Of a stretch of DNA of 64,000 nucleotides, positions 60,061 to 64,000 are shown piece by piece. The DNA comes from Columba livia. Lineage: Eukaryota. The stretch is taken from contig NC_088636.1 in the NCBI RefSeq assembly GCF_036013475.1, positions 391,066 through 455,065 on the forward strand. The letters are read 5' to 3'. The position numbers were made by a program, and so were the translations under genes. The notes below the pieces were generated by a model. It searched no databases. It was not told the DNA's origin and saw only the letters and a program-made list of their open reading frames with translations. Each line of letters opens with the position of its first letter. The stretch's first letter is position 1.

Positions 60061-60889
60061 CGGGTGTCCGTCCGTCCCGCCCGTACCTCCGTCCGTCCGT
60101 CCATGGCGCCGCAGCCGCTTCCCCCCCCGCCCCCATCGGGGCCCCTCCCCGGACGCCTGGGTCCCCTCCCGGACGCCTGGGTCCATTCCCGGACGCCTGG
60201 GTCCCTTCCCGGACGCCTGGGTCCCCCCAGCCCAGGGAGGCCCCGATGGGGGAAACGGCCCCAAACGGGCCATTTTGAGGCGGATTTGATGGTTTGAGAG
60301 GGGAAAAAAAGCCACTTTACAGCCACTTTTCTATAGGGGAAACGCCCACATTACACATTCTATACATTCTATACATTTTGCAGGGAAAACCTCCCTAAAA
60401 TCGCCATTTTTATAGGCAAACCCCCCCAATCGTGCCACTCTATAACAAATACACCTTTAAATCCGCTTAATCTATAGGTGACGCGCCCTTAAACGCGTTT
60501 ACATTCAGCCTATATACATTAAACTTTAAGTGCCGTTGCTCTATAGGGGAAACCCCCTAAATCTGCCCCAAAATGCGAAATACGCCTTAAATCCCGCCCT
60601 ATTTACACAACGTATGCATTAATTGTGTTTTCTGCGCGCGATACGCCCCTAATTCCCCTTTTCTATACGTTATATACCCCATAACTTATCTTTCTATAGG
60701 GGAAACGCCCTTAGGTTGGTCCCTGAAGGGGCCGTGGGCAAAACTTGGCTCCCTATAGCAAATATACCTTTAAATTTGCCCGGCTATAGGTCCAGGGCTT
60801 AGCTCCGCCCCCTATATATGTATTTCTATACGTACATAGTTTAATACTTACGTAATGTTTTATATATATATAAAAGTTTTGCCCCCCCC

Positions 60890-61150
60890 CCCCGGCCTCC
60901 TCACAAGATGGCGGCGCCGCGCGGGGCACGCTGGGAGTTGTAGTCCCGCCCCCTCGCCCCTCAGTGTTCCTCAAGCCTGGGCGGACTACAACTCCCAGCG
61001 TGCACCGCGCCGGGCAGCCGCGGCGGCCGCCACAAGATGGCGGGCGGCGCGCGGTGCACGCTGGGAGTTGTAGTCCGCCTAGCCGTTAAGACTATAGGGT
61101 GGGCGGGGCTTGAGGACTACATTTCCCGGCGTGCCCCGCGCTTCCGCGCT
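60890..61150 (+). promoter_or_regulatory. CpG-island promoter with a duplicated YY1 + ZNF143(SBS) module
   Basis: A YY1 core CACAAGATGGCGG occurs at 60903-60915 and 61031-61043. ZNF143/Staf-type motifs ACTACAACTCCCAGCGTGC occur at 60926-60946 (reverse), 60983-61005 (forward), 61054-61076 (reverse) and 61115-61136 (forward, ACTACATTTCCCGGCGTGC). The region is GC- and CpG-rich. Confidence 0.55.
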
Positions 61151-61321
61151 GACTTCCGGCGCTCGGCCTGGACCGGAAGAGAAGGCGGGGGCGCGCGCGT
61201 GGCGTCGCCTCTTCGCGTCTCCTCGGGTTTATTTTGGTTTTAATTCGTTTTTTGGCTTCGAAAGCACAAAAAAGGACCAAAAAAAGGGTGAAAAACCCTC
61301 AAATCGGCGGCAGCGGAGCCG
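61150..61321 (+). other. Putative non-coding first exon of an unidentified plus-strand gene, with a GTGAGG donor at 61322
   Basis: A unique, ATG-free segment follows the promoter and ends in ...GGCGGCAGCGGAGCCG|GTGAGG. The rest of the window downstream is satellite. Confidence 0.35.
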
Positions 61322-61329
61322 GTGAGGAC

Positions 61330-64000
61330 CCGGGGGGGGGTTTTTGGGGGGTTTTGGGGCCGTTGGCGGCGGTTGGTTGGGGGGGGAAAATGGCGGTTTG
61401 AGGGGAAAAAGGGTTAAAAAAGGGGGTTTTGTGAGGAAAAATGGCGATTTTGAGGGAAAAATGGGCGTTTTGTGAGGAAAAATGGGGGTTTATGAGGAAA
61501 AGTGGGGGGTTTTGGGGGGAAAAATGGGGTTTTAGGGGGAAAAATGGGGGGTGGGGGGGGCGGGGAAATGGCGCGCGGAAAAGGGGCTTTTTTGGGGGGA
61601 AAAAACGGGGTTTTTGGGGCTTTGTGAGGGGGAAAGGGGGGGACGGGGGATTTGGGGTGAAAAAGGGTGATTTTGGGGGCGATTTGAGGTGAAAAAGGGG
61701 CATTTTGAGGTGAAAAAGGGGCATTTTGAGGGGGGAAAGGGGCATTTTTTGGGGGGGAAATGGCGGTTTGGGGGGAGATTTGAGGAGAAAATTGGGGTTT
61801 TTGAGGGAAAAAGTGGAATTTTTGGAGGGGAAAAGTGGGAAGTTTGGCGGGAAAAGGGGATTTTGAGGGGAAAAAGGGAGTTTTGGGGTTTATGGGGGAA
61901 AACGTGAGGAGAAAAGGGGATTTTGGGGGGGAAAAGGGCGATTTTGGGGGCGGGTTTGAGGCGGGAAAATGAGGGAAAATTGGAGGGTTTTAGGCCAAAA
62001 AAAAATGAGGTTTTTAGGTAAAAAAATGAGGGTTTTGGGCAAAAAGATCTTTGGGGCAAAAAAAGGGAGTTTGGGGACAAAAATTTGAGATTTGGGGGTA
62101 AAAAAAGTGAGAGTTTTAGGCAAAAATTGGAGATTTGGGGGCGAAAAATGCGAATTTGGGGCAAAAAAATTGAGGTTTTGAGGCGAAAAAATTCGAGGTT
62201 TTGGGTCAAAAGGAATTTGAGGTTTTTGGGCCAAAAAAAGGAGGTTTTGGGGTGCAAAAAATTGAGTTTTTTTGGGGGAAAAAGTGAGATTTTTAGGTAA
62301 AAAATAAGAGATTTTTAGGCAAAAAAGTTTGAGGTTTTTAGGCAAAAAAACTTGAGATTTTTAAGGCAAAGAAGTTGAGATTTTGGGGCAAAAAAGAGAG
62401 ATTTGGGGGCAACGAAAAAAGGGATTTTTGGCAATAAAAAAGTGAGATTTTTGAGTGAAAAAATTGAGATTTTTAGGCAAAAGAAATCGAGATTTTTGGG
62501 GAAAAAATTGATTTTTTGAGGCAAAAGAAAATCGAGATTTTGGGGCAAAAAAGTTGAGATTTGGGGGTAAAAAAATAAGGTTTTTGGGCAAAAAAAACCA
62601 GTTTTAGGTGAAAAAAATTTGGGGTTTTGAGCAAAAAAAAAAAAAAAGGAGATTTTGGGTGAAAAAATTGAAGTTTTTAGGCAAAGTAAATGGAGATTTT
62701 TGGGCAAAAATGATATTTTTAAGGCATAAAAGTGGGGTTTTTAGGGGAAAAATGGGAGGTTTTTGGCCAAAAAAAAGAGGTTTTTGGGACAAAAAAAGTG
62801 AGGTTTTTAGGTGAAAAAAATGAGGTTTTTAGGGCAAAAAATTGAGGGTTTTGGGTTAAAAATTGAGGTTTTTGGGTGAAAAAATTGAGGTTTTTAGGTT
62901 AAAAAATTGATGTTTTTAGATTAAAAATTGAGGTTTTTGGGGCAAAAAATTGAGGTTTTTGGGGCAAAAAAGTGAGATTTTTAGGTTAAAATTGAGGCTT
63001 TTAGGTGAAAAATTGAGGTTTTTAGGTTAAAAATTGAGTTTTTTGGGGCAAAAAAGTGAGATTTTTAGGTTAAAAAATTGAGGTTTTTAGGGCAAAAAAT
63101 TGAGATTTTTGGGTTAAAAAATTGAGGTTTTTGGGTTAAAAAATTGAGGTTTTTAGGTTAAAAATTGAGGTTTTTAGGTTAAAAAATTGAGGTTTTTAGG
63201 TTAAAAATTGAGGTTTTTAGGTTAAAAATTGAGGTTTTTAGGTTAAAAATTGAGGTTTTTAGGTTAAAAAATTGAGGTTTTTGGGGCAAAAAATTGAGAT
63301 TTTTGGGTTAAAAAATTGAGGTTTTTAGGTTAAAAAAATGAGGTTTTTGGGGCAAAAAATTGAGATTTTTGGGGCAAACAAGTGAGGTTTTTAGGCCAAA
63401 AAATGAGATTTTGGGGGGCAAAAAATGTTGAGATTTTGGGGTTAAAAAATGGAGATTTTTAGGTAAAAATAATTGAGGGTTTTGGGCCAAAAAAATGAGG
63501 TTTTTTGGGCAAAAAAGTGGGATTTTGGGGCCAAAAAAAGTAGGATTTTTTGGGTGAAAAAATAGTGGGATTTTTGGGGGCAAAAAAGTGAGATTTTGGG
63601 GCCAAAACGTGGGGTTTTTAGTTCAAAAAGAGAGACTTTTTGGGTCAAAAAAGTGAGGTTTTGGGGCTGAAAATGTGAGGGTTTTGGGCCAAAGAATTGG
63701 GGTACGGGGGGGAATGGGGAGAAATGGGGGGGGGAATTGGGGGTGCAGGGAGGAACCACGGGGTGAAATGGGGGGGGAATTGGGGTGCAGGGAGGAACCA
63801 TGGGGTGAAATGGGGGGGGAATTGGGGTGCAGGGAGGAACCACGGGGTGAAATGGGGGGGGAATTGGGGGTGCAGGGAGGAACCATGGGGTGAAATGGGG
63901 GGGGAATTGGGGGTGCAGGGAGGAACCATGGGGTGAAATGGGGGGGGAATTGGGGGTGCAGGAGGAACCATGGGGTGAAATGGGGGGGGAATTGGGGGTG
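61330..64000. repeat. A/G-rich tandem satellite, about 20-bp units (GAAAAATGGGGGTTTTGAGG / AAAAATTGAGGTTTTTAGGTT)
   Basis: It starts directly after the putative exon-1 donor at 61322 and continues to the end of the window. Confidence 0.85.

Noticed and set aside
60300-60880. Possible small RNA gene or unique regulatory block in an AT-richer segment with CTATAGG motifs.
   Set aside because: It looks like a degenerate tail of the 30-bp CCCTATAGGATCCATAGG satellite. No tRNA- or snRNA-like structure or conserved boxes were recognisable.
1-64000. CRISPR arrays or prokaryotic defence or mobile systems.
   Set aside because: All repeats are contiguous head-to-tail satellites without unique spacers. 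Spliced eukaryotic genes with GT-AG introns are present, and there are no bacterial gene signatures.

Overview
This is eukaryotic, vertebrate-type genomic DNA, not prokaryotic. The window is GC-rich and gene-dense, and about 85% of it is tandem satellite arrays. Four conserved multi-exon protein-coding genes are recognisable by translation. PAGR1/PA1 lies on the minus strand (3 exons, 1281-6282). TAOK2 lies on the plus strand (kinase-domain exons 9893-26097 plus the long-isoform transmembrane-tail terminal exon ending at 28738). CDIPT lies on the plus strand (6 exons, 33355-40754). MFAP4 lies on the minus strand (5 exons, 45267-58295: a signal-peptide exon followed by the fibrinogen-related domain). 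The exons are small and sit inside introns and intergenic spacers that are filled almost entirely by more than 35 distinct satellite arrays. Repeat units range from 8-40 bp up to about 120 bp and about 175 bp, and several arrays have higher-order structure. There are three CpG-island promoters: 7280-7620 (NRF1, ETS, YY1 and CCAAT sites), 32880-33354 (the CDIPT promoter) and 60890-61320 (a duplicated ZNF143-SBS/YY1 module followed by a non-coding first exon with a GT donor). The most unusual features are listed below. (1) Fragments of exon boundaries are amplified inside the flanking satellite arrays, creating decoy splice sites. The PAGR1 exon-3 acceptor is copied about 15 times, both ends of MFAP4 exon 4 are copied, and there is a copy of CDIPT exon 1. 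(2) TAOK2 shows single-nucleotide frame inconsistencies at G-runs, which means either assembly indels or decay of the gene. (3) No TAOK2 coiled-coil exons are detectable, although exon 11 and the TM-tail exon are in frame with each other. (4) A roughly 175-bp, nucleosome-length satellite sits in the convergent spacer between CDIPT and MFAP4. (5) A stop-free CCCATTGNCC satellite family produces kilobase-scale, collagen-like pseudo-ORFs on both strands. There are no CRISPR arrays, rRNA genes, tRNA genes or prokaryotic systems. The gene content and GC/satellite architecture are consistent with an avian-type microchromosome, but that is inference only.
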